Part shown: positions 40,842-53,117 of the stretch, piece after piece
How positions within the stretch are numbered: position 1 is the first letter of the stretch
Layout: every line of letters starts with the position of its first letter
Source: Nemertoderma westbladi
Taxonomy: Eukaryota; Animalia; Xenacoelomorpha
Assembly (NCBI GenBank): GCA_032718475.1
Contig: JAUCBJ010002788.1
Span: 38,910 to 102,909, forward strand
Length of the DNA: 64,000 nt
Direction: 5' to 3'
Position numbers and translations under genes: made by a program
The notes under the pieces: generated by a model
Seen by the model: the letters and a program-made list of their open reading frames with translations, nothing else
Databases searched by the model: none
Told to the model about the DNA's origin: nothing

Positions 40842-42587
40842 TCCAACAAACATCTAGGGACTCCCCAACGTAACGGCGTCTGGAGTGGGTGTGTGACTAT
40901 ATTATTTTATATTTGTTTATTATTTTTATATTTATGTATGTATTATTATGTAATTTTATTATAATCGTTTTCTTTAATTTTATTTAGTAGAATGTTATTT
41001 TAGCGATTATGTAGTAGATTAGTGCAATATATATTAGTGTTTATTACTTAATTACTTATATTATATATATTTAGTGCAACAGCAAGAAATAATTCTTTTT
41101 CTCTTTCCTTACTGTCCGTATTACATTACAAATGCGTGACTACAGTAAGATGAAATGTCCGTACTTCTTAAAGTACAATAAAGCTCCTACTATATTCAAG
41201 TATTATTGGTAAGTAGAGTATTAGGAATGCAAAATTCAGATCCTCGTGTCTCGGCTAAACCAAGCTCTGGGTAGACCTTGGAAACGACTTGCCCCTTCTC
41301 ACTGACATTGCTTCTTGCAATATTGCTCTCATACCGTATATTAAATAATACATATAGTAGCGTGATGTCCCTTTAACAGTAGCGTAAAATGCAAAATAAA
41401 TCTGTTAAACCCTTTGACCATCTGTAATTCTAGTCGATTAAGATATCGCGGCACCCACCGATATACTTGAAAGACAAATTTCTAGAATCAGTGGTTAACG
41501 TTCCCAGACAAGTTCTGGAATAAACTGGTGCCCATCTTAAATATTAACTATTAATATTTATATAATCTGTCAAACAAATACAATAGAGTAAATACTTACA
41601 AGTTAACTCTAGAAAATCTATAAATTAAAATCTGTTAAATTTTAGATCCTTTAAAATTCTAGTCGATTAAGATATCGTAGCACTTACCGATACTCTTAAA
41701 AGGACAAATTTCCTAGAATCAAGGATCCCAGTTCCCAGACATGCTCTGGAATAAAATTGTGCTTATTCCAACATTAAATAATAAAATTTACGGGAATAAA
41801 TTTAAATTCATCTCTTTTAATGAATTTGATAAATTGTCATTTTTATACAATTTATAACATTCCCAAAATTCCATTAATTAATAGATCATGGGAGCGGAGA
41901 TTCACCCTATTAAGTGTATTAGTGTGCGAGAATCTCCAATATATAGTCAATAGCCGATAAAATTCATAAAATCATGTATAAAGGGGAATATTGACAATTA
42001 AAGAATTACTATTAAATAGCATCCCAGATCTGTATGCATGAGAATTACCCTAATTATACCGCTAGCTTTCCATAATGTCACCATAGCAACAACCACGCTA
42101 GAATTAGAAGTGAGTTAAAAGAACAATAAAAAGCTTGCCCCATTGAATAGCATACGGAATAAATAGCGCACTGCTAGTATCCAGAGATACATAATAATAA
42201 CGTGGCATTCTGGAAGGCACTTGACTAACGGACAAATGGCCCGAATGTGTACAATTAGTGACAGTTGTGTGGAATTTGTGCGTTTATAGGTGAATGTTAC
42301 TACTAAAGTGTGTTTACAGTAGCGAGTCGCAGTTGTGAAAGTAGCCCTAACCCTGCAGTAAGAACCTGAAGTAAATCTAAGCCCTTGGGACGGACAGTGG
42401 AGTGACTCGCGCTGGTTGTTGTTGTCGTTGTGCAGCTACTACGTTGGCGATAGACACAGCGGCGACAGTATATCAGCGTTGAGGATCTTGCGCTGTCCGG
42501 GGGCATTGAGGGGTAGGCAGCAATGACCGCTAGCCTAATTATGATTAATTATAATATCGATAAACTCATATAGCAGCTATGACTTAG

Positions 42588-44127
42588 TTGATAGAAGATG
42601 ATCTTGGTATCAGGGAGCGATATACCCCACCATTACAAGCGTTTGTTGATAGTTTAATACGCGGCGATGTTAGTCAACCTACTACGGAGGACGATGGCCG
42701 TTATATCGAGCCGCCAATGTCAAAGGAACAACTCACGCGTGAATTGGACTATAGAAAATTCACCGCTCGCTATACGCATCATAATGGTACGTATATGGAC
42801 TTCTTAACTACTGGTCATCCTATCGATTTACATGATACGGACGATGTCGACACCGAAAGGGAAATGATTCTATTTAAATATCATACCCAGCGGAGTCGGA
42901 ACAATAAACTGAGAATCGAACACGAAAATTCTATTCGAAACCAACTCGAAAGAGAAGATGTTAAAGAACCGGATAAATGCAGTAACTTCAACGTATATTT
43001 GGAATTCTTGAGAGAGACGTTGTAAAACTGGAGAAAGATCACCAGCGTTTCCCCTACAAGACGTGCGTCTTTGGTATTATTACGATGAATGCCCTAGACC
43101 CAACCAATAAATGGAAAGACAAACATCCGTGGAGACGTTGCGCTAAACACAGTTTTACTCGCTATATTTACGGGAGTTTCAAGCGAAACTTGTTCGATGT
43201 ATCACCTACGCTCGCTCGACTCAAACGATCCTTAAATAAACCCATGATCAGAGTTCCGGAATACTCGGTCAGACCTCCTCATTCCCTGGTGAGACCTCAG
43301 ACTCTTGATCCTAATAGTATCACGGATCCTCCCAAGCTTACTCACTGTTCAAAGATCTAGTGTTACCCGAACAATTAGTTGGTGGCACTCCGGTTGTGGG
43401 CTCCCTAGATATTCGCCCATCTTACCTAGCCGGATTGGGACGCAGACACCTAATATCGCCATTCAACCATGTAATCGTCCCTGTTTAACCCGATATAATC
43501 TGTCGCCGAGGTGGAGGAGAGAGATATATGAAACGCGTTGGACACTATTCGTCAAAAGATCGGAAAAGGAACCTACGATTGTTTGGAGGAACGTGAGTTG
43601 CAGCAGCAAGTCCAAGCGGTGAACGAGGTGGCTTTATCTCAGTTCGATCGAGAAATCCAGAATCTCTAAGAAGATATCGAACTTGGACTACCCTACACTC
43701 TAAACGAGTTTTAGACGAATGCTTCCAACGACAAGCGGAGGAAAATCAGCTCGAGGAGAAGCATATCGATTTCGACAGAGCCCGAGAACGCGAGTTGGAA
43801 AGAACCATCAAACCGAGGAAATTTCTCACTACACACGGTCCACCTACCGCTCTTGTGCAGACGAATCGTCAGGGACCAGTAAGAGTTGCTGTCTTGAAAC
43901 GCTCTCTGAAGGTTGTTCGACCTCGTTCCACTGAGGTTGATACCGATCAACCGAATACCTCGACCGGCAGATACACTGACCGTCATTCTAAACCTTCCGA
44001 TGCAATTGTATTGCACCCTTCACCCAGGAGTTATAGCCCTCTTAATAAAGTGGCTCGCCCCAAAGAGAAAAGGACTCTTGCTAGCCTCAAAAAACTGCGT
44101 AAACGCCGTTCGTGTAAGAAGGACTAA
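42588..44127 (+). pseudogene. Decayed accessory ORF of unknown family in the env position of the BEL element
   Basis: Consecutive + strand ORF pieces joined by frameshifts; peptide-level similarity to 48262-48345 and 61545-61945. Confidence 0.7.
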
Positions 44128-44205
44128 CTGTTTAGAGTATTTTTATATTTTAGAAACTGTGATTTTTTATATTTTATAGAATTAAATCCCATTTTCTGGG
44201 AGCGG

Positions 44206-45404
44206 TGTAAAGGCTTTTGCGGATATAACTAGTCATTTTCCACGCAAAGTACTCTGTAGGTGTTTTAGCGGACATAAAAAGCCGTTTTCTTACTGTGTAG
44301 GTGTTTTAGTGGACATAAAAAGCCATTTTTCTGTATGTGTACTTTAGCGGACATAACAAGCCATTTTGTGCCGCAATACGCCAAAATACTCTTAATACAG
44401 TGTAGTTCAGATGACGACATCTATCAGCTGATATGTCGATGTGGAGCTTTTTGGTTTTCTTTGTTCGGCTCGCTCGACCAATCAGAGCGATTTTCACTTT
44501 GTGTTGGACAGTGCCTACAGAAACCCACGCAATTCAGTCAGTGTGTATCTTTCTAAGCCCAGAACACCGGCTTAGGATTCTTCTGTACTTCTGTGGAAGT
44601 TTCAGACTTTGACATAAACCTCAGAAACATCAGATGGCTTTGATCAAAGGAACGTAAAACTATTAACGCAGCACACCGCCACATCGCGGCATCACGCAAC
44701 GCGATTCAACTACACATACTGACTGTTCACCGCATTATTTGATTCTGTTATTAATTGGTGTTACTGTGTTATGTTGGTATATATTGCTGATATATTTGGA
44801 GAATACCGATGAATAATCATAAAACCCTCAATCTCTTTGATTACTAAAGGTTAGAGGAACAGGTTTACCGGTAGCAACTGCGACTTACATTATAGTGGTT
44901 TTTGTGTGAATTGAATGCTATTTCATAATCCCTACATGTGTCAGTTGCGATCCTCCTTATATATGATCAAATTCAGTGACGGTCGGCAGATCAGTGCGCA
45001 GTAGTGTGAACTAGTGTGAAGTCGTGTGAAGTAGTGTGAAGGTTAATAAAGCATCTCCTAAAGAATGCGCTATTTACGAAACTCAGTAGCCATCCAGTTG
45101 TGATTAGTATAAGTCATAACTCTGTTTTATACCTAAAGCGCCACGTACTAAAGGAACTGTTAATATTTCCCCGAAAGTGAATAATATTGTCAGAGATTAT
45201 ATATTAACAATCAATCGAATAATACAGTAGGTCTACACTGCAATCACTATCAAAGCATCCGAATCCAGTCTCCCTTAACTGTGGGTGAATGGTCGCGCAC
45301 AGGCTGGCTTCGGCTGATGTACCTTCAGTACATTAAATAATTGATATACAAAAAGACAATTAAAATTAGCAGGTTAAACTGCTAAAGGTCTAAAAGCGCG
45401 AACA
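44206..45404 (+). repeat. 3' LTR of the BEL element (1199 bp)
   Basis: Direct repeat of the 5' LTR; contains ~39-bp tandem repeats, a CCAAT box and AATAAA. Confidence 0.95.
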
Positions 45405-45904
45405 TTTATTTTCAGAAATTTAGTGCTGGCACAACAATATTCACCCACATGCAATTGTTACATATTCCATTGAATTCAGAACCCTCACAAACCCGTATAA
45501 CGCAAGAAACAAGGTGATACAATCAATTTATATATTTGATGGTTTTCAAAATTTGGTGCACCAAATTTTGCACCCACTTCAAAAAATACTAGTTTAAGAT
45601 GTCTAGTTAGATAATTATTTATTCTATTAAATTTAGAACCGCCATAAACCTCTAAAACGCGGGAAATAAGTTGTCACAAGCATTTGAACTATTGAATAGA
45701 TTTTCAAAATTTCGGCTGCACCAAATTTTGCACACAGCACCGGAAAATACAAGTTTAATACGCCTGGTGCATCTGGTATATATTCCATCGAAATCAAAAC
45801 CCCAAATAACCCCTATTATAGCGCAAAAAACAGGTTTAAACAATCAATTTACAAAATTGACACATTTCAAAATTTGGTGCTGGCACCAAAATCCACATAT
45901 ATAT

Positions 45905-48350
45905 CTGGGTAGACCTTAGAAACGACTTGCCTCTTCTCACTGACATTGCTTCGTGCGATACTGCTCTCATACCCTAGGACTAAATTATTACACAGGGGAG
46001 GGTTGGGACATTTGGCATGTTTTTGTCTAAAATGCTCATACAGTATCTTCCAATCTGTTTACTCATTTGTTTAATATGAGTTCTCATTTTGTCCATAATT
46101 TAATGGGCTATCTTTCAGTCATAGTTTGTATTGATTTTAAACAGATTCCGAATTGTTAGGGTCCAATTTGTCGATGGAGGTCAAACATGCCAATTCTCCC
46201 AACACGAGGGGACATTTGGCAGAGAGGACAAGGATATTTGGCATCCTTTTTCTAAACGCCCGTTTCTATATGCATTTACAGCCTAATTTGCAAATATTTA
46301 TCCTATATCTGGTATAGTAACTATCAGCTGACAAGCTCCATTTACTTATTCTGTTAATCTTCTCTAAGTTTAACTTCAAGATTTACTTTTCGCGTAATTC
46401 AAGGAATTCCCCGGGCCGATGATGGTTCCTTTCCGTTGTTGTTTGCTGTAGGGTAGGGGTTGTATGTGGGGAGTGTTCAAGGGGTGGTATATGGGGAGTG
46501 GTCAAGGGGTGGTATGTGGGGAGTGTTCAAGGGGTGGTATATGGGGAGTGGTCATGTTCAACTGGATTCTTATTAAATTCGTAGCCTGGAATAAAGAATT
46601 TAGGATGGGGGGAGGTTGGGGGTGGGGGTGTTCACCTAGATTCGTATTAAATTCGTAGCATAGAAAAACGAATTTAGTACGGATTAGACTAAAATAGTTG
46701 AGGCTAATGCAAAATGACTAAAATGTTTATAATAATGATAATAATATTCAAGTAGAACTATAGCAATTAAACAATGTAGTAGTGCAATAATATGAGACTC
46801 ATTGAAATATAAAAAAATTCAGTGCACTAATAAGAGACTCCTTGAAATCTAGCTAATTACCCCACTGCGATCCTGGTAGCTGTAGGCCTACCAGTTTGAT
46901 AACGTTTTTAGACAGTTTGAAAGTTAGAAGGTTTTACAGTAATAATTCGTTTGAGGGAGTATTTAAGTACCAATAGTCTAGGGACAAGAGTGGTGGCCCT
47001 AAATGAGAGGTTCCTAAATCAAACTAATTTTTAGCAAACCGAAAAGTCAGAAAATGTTGGTTAGGCCTACTGGTACACCAAAATAATAAATCAATAATTA
47101 ACCAGATTAATGATCAGGCTGTCAGCCACTTACTGAACAGCGAACAGTACCTGTAGTAACTAAATAAAAAAAAACTGGTGGTGACTTTGGTGAGGCATAC
47201 AGGTTTCTGGGCTACTTCTACTTCAGCACATTAGTGTTTAGGGCTTAGTACCGGTATCTAATAATGCAGTACTGCACTGCAGTGAAACGTCAGTACAACT
47301 AGACACCAATAGGCTACTGGCAGACTGTAATGATTACATTGAAATGCGAAATATCCCTAGCACGCAAATGCCAAATGTCCCAACCTGGGGAACTTTGATA
47401 AATATGAAAAATAAATATACAAGATTATTGTAAAGACATATTATTCTGTCAACTTTAACATAATCCCAAACAGTTGACGATCATTTTCATATATCCAAAA
47501 GTACCAGTGATGCTACTTATGAAAAGGGGGTTTCCTGAATACAAAAAATCAAAAATTATCATTTTGATCATGTTGATCAATTATCATGTTATCCAGAGAA
47601 TCGCCAGTTTCATTAAATTTAATAATTTTTTCCGTTTCCATATTCAAATATAGTATGATAGGTTAAGTAAAAAAAGTTGTTGCAATCCACATTCAGGAAG
47701 TCACCCAAAAGGCAGGCATGCCAAATCTCCCCACGTGCCAAATCTCCCTGGTCTCCCCTATAGCAGGAAATGTCCGTATAACAGTAAATCTGTTAAAATA
47801 TTTTAACAAGCTGAAAATTTAGTCTATTAAGATTTCGGAGCGCCCAACGATATAATTAAAAGGCCAGTTTTCTAGAATCATTATTTCACGTCCTCGGACA
47901 TGTTCTGTAATTAATAAACAACTCAAATAAATAATAAAATCAAATTTAGCGGGAAAATTTTATTAATTCGTGTCCCCTCATGAATTAAAATAAATTGTAA
48001 AGACAGGCAATTTTTTTTTTAATCCTTAAAATTTTAGGTAAAATAAGTATCAGGGTTTTGCTTCTTTTGACTGTATGAGGCATACTCTAACTCTACTGCT
48101 CGTTTCCCAAAATGTCACCGTAGTAACTAAAACGAATAAAACAAAATAAAACCAACAAACCAATAAGAACATAGTTATAATTAACTTATTGCAAACATTG
48201 TGTACAGTATTTTAGGATACTTAACGAACTGACTTAATGAACTGACTGTTTCAGATAATAAACGTTATATAGAGCCATTGATGAACGGAGAACAACTCAA
48301 ACGTGAATGGGATTATCGGAGATTCACTGAGTTCTATACCCATCGGGATC
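45905..48350 (+). mobile_element. Diverged relative of the BEL 3' internal region (non-coding leader plus start of the accessory ORF)
   Basis: 45905-45990 matches 41267-41352 and 47760-48130 matches about 41355-42090. 48262-48345 encodes RYIEPLMNGEQLKREWDYRRFTEFYTH. Confidence 0.8.
45994..47760. mobile_element. Non-autonomous TIR DNA transposon (AGGGGAG...CTCCCCT ends)
   Basis: aggggagggttgggacatttggca and tgccaaatctccctggtctcccct; cleanly interrupts the homology to about 41350. Confidence 0.7.
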
Positions 48351-48402
48351 GGGTATTATTTATTGGGTGATTCTTATTGACAATAGATCACCCAAAATCA
48401 AC

Positions 48403-49159
48403 CTTTATGTCAGCCAATCTTTTGAACAAATGATGACCTTTTCAAAATGCCGCGCAATCTATAACCTGTTCACTGCAACAACGATAAAGTTACACATCTG
48501 TTTTCAACCATTTTAACACATCATGTCGCAAAAACGGATGGATGATTACAACCTTTTATCGTGGCAAGAAAGTCTCCCGACACTCACTAGTATTGCTACC
48601 TCACAATTCTGTGTGAAGTAGGTGTTTAAAGGAGCAAAGGTCAGAACTAAAGCTGGAAACATCCCCCTAACCTTCAAAGAAAAGTTTCACAGCTCTTATT
48701 TCCGATCAATCCTAAACAACTGCAATAATGACCATACATCCAAACATACTACAATATTATCGTTCTTTGGGCTAGACTAAACCTACACATCAAACTTTTA
48801 CAGACTGATCTAGACCCCGACCGTTTCTAACCATAAGGTCTTCTTTTTTCATATAATCTATGAGATTAATATATATATTGTTAATGATATTGTTAATATT
48901 ATTTCATATTTGGTATATTGGTATAGATATACAACAGTTTGTGCATCTAGCAAAAGTCATGATTTGGCATCTTCCTTAAATATTTTTAATTCATATACTA
49001 CCCTCTGTCACATATTGTTATTTTTTTAACCAGTGCACGACCATTTTATTTCGCGATTAATTTAATATAGCCACCGGGGCGTAAGCCGGGAATAAACTTA
49101 TATAGGTCTAGTTTTATTTTACAATAACCGTTTTTTGATAATCGTTTCCTTAAAAAAAA
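48403..49159 (+). mobile_element. LINE 3' fragment with A-tail and ~27-bp TSD
   Basis: attgacaatagatcacc(a/c)aaatcaac at 48376-48402 and 49160-49186, with an A9 run before the second copy. The 3' motif gccaccggggcgtaa.ccgggaataa also occurs inverted at about 5830-5856. Confidence 0.7.
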
Positions 49160-49189
49160 ATTGACAATAGATCACCCCAAATCAACAGT

Positions 49190-52100
49190 GAAGGAAAAGT
49201 AATTATTAACAATGTTGAATTAAAAAGAAAACAATCGATAAAATTTCTTGGACTTTACATAGATGAACATCTTACCTGGAAACACCACCGGGAACATATA
49301 CAACACAAAATTAGTTGCAACTTGATAAATAACAAAATAAAAAACTTCATTTCACCACACGCACTAAAACTACTCTACCATACGATGATCGACCCATATT
49401 TACAGTACTGAAATGCTGTCTGGGCAGCAACAATATACAAGTCAGAATCCAATACTTCCACAAACCAACACAGAAATCACTACAGGTGGAGGAGAAAAGC
49501 AGAAAAACCCTACAACCACAATAAAATCAATCCAGAGTTTACAAAACAGGGCCATAAAATCTGTGCAGTCTAAAGGAAACGTAGACTTCCGACCACTCAC
49601 TATTACTTCAATCTTCAAAAAACGAGAGAAAGCCGCCCCAATATTAGATTATAACAACAACATTTCCATTGGGTAAGAAAGTGGAGAAGAGCCAGGCCCG
49701 ACTCTCAATTTTTTAGTTTATATTACGCGATCAATTTTCACTCATCTCGTCATGAACACAACATGTATGTAAACTTTTGATAAATTTGTTGGCTATGCGT
49801 TTGCGGCTGTTTGGGCGGGGTGTGGTAGGCCTACACTTTTCACACTGAAACATTTTGGTTGTGAAATGTTCAGGGCACAGCGATCAGAGATATTTCATAT
49901 ATATTTTATTATGAGAGGAAGAAGAACATACAACGTTATTTACTATATTATATGTAACGAAATAATTGTTTTTGGGTTTGGAAGCCTCCCCAAAGAGTTG
50001 ATATACGATTATATTTAAAATTATTTCCATGGTCATGGTCATTCACCCGTCTTTAATTAGAAATTTGTTTGCATGAAAGACAGTTTAGTTTAGTTTGGTT
50101 TTTACTGATTATTATCTCTTATCTGACTGGGGTAATAATAAAGGATAGGATAAATGGAAGCAAAGTGTGACAGTAACAATTATTTCCCTGACAACCGAGC
50201 ATGTCTTAAGTATACGATATCTAAAAGGGGGAAGTTTGGATTCACTGCATAAATGCAGTTCACCAAACTTCCCCCGAATGCACACTGTAACTTCCCCCTT
50301 CCCCCAAATATCCACTGTTAAATTAATTTGAAGCGATATAATAAGTACAAAATTGTGCAAGATTTTAATTGTGTAGTCCATTTGTTATTTGATCTCTATT
50401 TATTGTTTAAAGTGCATTTAATATCACACTGGTTTTTTAGAATATTACAACCTTATGTTTTATTTATTAACCCAATCGAAGCCTTAATAAGGGCCGCTTA
50501 TTTGTACGCATATCCCTAATGCGCTCAGTATGAGCCAAACAACATATTAATATGAAAATAAAGTATCTGCAAAGAAAAGAACCCAATGCTATATAATTTG
50601 ACCTTATTAAAAAATTTGCACTTTTGCACACTTATTTGTACAAGTGCACTTCAGCAGATCGTAATGGTGGTTCTTATTTAACAAACTTATGTTTATCCTC
50701 TACCGATCTACGATGGTGTATGATCAAGTGTCAGTCACTAAAAGTGTAAAAAATCTAATTTAATAAATCGCGACATTTGCGATTTTGGACCATATTCATG
50801 GGCATTTTAATTCACTTTATATACATAAAAAGTTAAACAAATGTTACGATTATAGTTAGAAATCACTCCAAACTACATTTTAATCCAAAAAATAACATTC
50901 TACGATGAATGGAACTAGAAATAATAGTGTTTGAAATATCGAAAAAATGTGTACTTTTTAAGTGCATTATGCACTAGTGCACATGCGTTTTCCCAAGTTG
51001 TATCCTATTTCACACACTACAATCTATCCTCTATGCAATGAAAAAAGTTTCAGATCAAACGGCCCAGTAGAACAGAAGTTATTGATGTTTAAAAATAATC
51101 ACTCGAAAATTTCAAATTCTCTTGGTCACGTAGTCTAGTGGTAATCAATCACGTTAACGATACTTAAGTTCGTGGGTTCGAAACCCAATATGACCATTCT
51201 TAATTTTTTGCAAAAAAAAATATTTTTAATTTTTGACTAAATTTCGGTTCTGGTGCTCCAAATTCAATAAAATTGGTATATTCTTTGCCGTAATTTTTTT
51301 TTCTATCTTTTGAGAGGGGGTATTTTTGGCCCCAAAAAAAATGAAAAAAAAGGGCCAAAGTTACGCGATATTTTTCGACCCTTAAAACTCGTTATTTTAA
51401 TTATAAATGTTAAGAAAAAAGATAGTGGAGTTAATTTGCTACATTTTACAGGAACTTTTGGCGCAAAAAGTTAAATTATAATGTAATGGCGATTTATTAA
51501 AAAAAAAATTTTTCGTCCCTTTTTTATAAGTAGTATATTTCACACGATCGTCTGCCGCTTCAGTTATATAATAGCTATGGCGCTGTAACTACCGTTGAAA
51601 GATAGATAATTTGACGCTCTATAAGACTGTTTAAATAAGTCTCCCAGACCTTATGTATTTTTCGAGCTAGACGAGTTCCCGCGAAGCGAGTTTGAAGCGT
51701 GAAATTATAATTTGGGCCCTAATTTTTTTAATATCGTTTGCGCGGCAAAACCAATCGAATATTTGGATTCCCCGTATCGATATTAACCGTATAAAATGTA
51801 CTTTAACCTTCAAGAGTCAAAAATAAAAAAGTTGTTAGTTATAAACGTTTTATTATTTTCTGGCCCTTTTTGGACCCCTTTGCCTACATATTTTTTGTAC
51901 CCCCATTCGATAGGAATGTAGCCCCTGTGGTCTTCTACGCTTTCCGAAAAAGAATTGGCAGATTCCTACTAGCGTTGTCGAATTAAAAATTTTGGAAATA
52001 ATAATTATGTAAAAAAGATGGAAAAAACGGACAAAGTTACGGCCCCTTTTTCCACCCGAAATATTAATAAATATCTTACCCCCATTCGATACGAAGGTAG

Positions 52101-52900
52101 TACCACTCTTCCCCTTTCCAACCGCGTTAATTTCGTCCCCGTACGATTAATATTAGCCGAGTTAGAGCGGATCCCGCAAAGCCATTTTGTCCGTTTTTTC
52201 AACTTTGACGGACAATTTCGGGAAAAGGGCGTGGTAATCTTTTTTGAAAAAAAAAAACGAATTCACTAATTAATCCCTTCTATCGTATCCCGGCGTCGGT
52301 TAAGCAATAACCTAGGGTTTTTTCGAGCCACTGTAAAGCGCCTTTCAAAAAATTTTTAAAATTGTCGAAAAAATGACGGTTTTTTGTCCGCCGTGTCCGT
52401 CGAGGGGATAGATTTGCTAATGTTAGAGTGGCTAATATCTTAGAATTCCGAGTCGCTCCCCTGGTGCGAAAATAAAAAAAATTGGTCTGTTCCTTCATCG
52501 AAAAGTCCCCCAGAATCCCAAGTTAACCTATATAGTTAGCGATGGCCTGCGGCTTTAGGAGCGGCCGCGGTATTCACCTCCCTCATAGCGGCCGCGGCGG
52601 TGTTGCGTCAAATGGAGAAATATTTATCCCACCAAGTCGCGATATTTTGCTATAACTACTTACATAAATTACTACCACCAAACATCCTACCAACACTACT
52701 TACACTCACATCTACCACGCACAATCACCGCACAAGAAATGCTACTAACGGACAATGTACTGTACCCCGTACAAGATTACAGATTGCCAAACAATCCATC
52801 AAAGTCAGGGCCCCGTAAGTCTGGAATGGAGTCCCCGAAACGGTGCGGCAGGCACAATCTATTAGAATCTGCAAAATATAAATTACATTCATATCTGGCA
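49190..52900 (+). pseudogene. Crack/L2-group LINE RT C-terminus, split by ~3 kb of insertions
   Basis: IKFLGLYIDEHLTWKHH, LKTLYHTMIDPYLQY..AVW and LQNRAIK (49190-49620); resumes as HNHRTRN..PRTRLQIAKQSIKVRAP*VWN (52610-52900). Confidence 0.75.
51124..51196 (+). pseudogene. tRNA-derived sequence (tRNA-Val-like pseudogene or SINE head)
   Basis: 73 nt; GGTCA/TGACC acceptor-like ends, A box TAGTCTAGTGG, B box GGTTCGAAACC in a TGGG/CCCA stem. The anticodon stem does not pair. A T6 run follows. Confidence 0.55.
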
Positions 52901-53048
52901 GATATGCGTTCTATTGAAGCATGGAATGCTATATATATCTCTATATATCTCTATATATATCTCTATATACAGTAGCATTCCATGATTGAAGCCTAATCAA
53001 ACTAAGAAATATCCAACTGTAATTAATCTATACCTATAAAAATCAAAT

Positions 53049-53049
<1 letters not shown>

Positions 53050-53117
<68 letters not shown>
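53050..53117. repeat. (TC)n microsatellite within a small HINE/DINE-like element
   Basis: Long TC run followed by aacttggca motif. Confidence 0.8.

Larger units (their letters stand above)
32339..45404 (+). mobile_element. BEL/Pao LTR retrotransposon, 13.07 kb, non-autonomous (no RT or integrase)
   Basis: Two TG...CA LTRs, 5-bp TSD TTTAT (32334-32338 and 45405-45409), purine-rich gggagcgg just before the 3' LTR, BEL-type gag-protease ORF. Confidence 0.93.
31800..45892. mobile_element. Inverted paralog of the 21403-22912 DNA element, split by the BEL insertion
   Basis: 31800-32338 plus 45405-45892 match the reverse complement of about 21765-22800; the empty site is visible near 22290. Confidence 0.85.
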
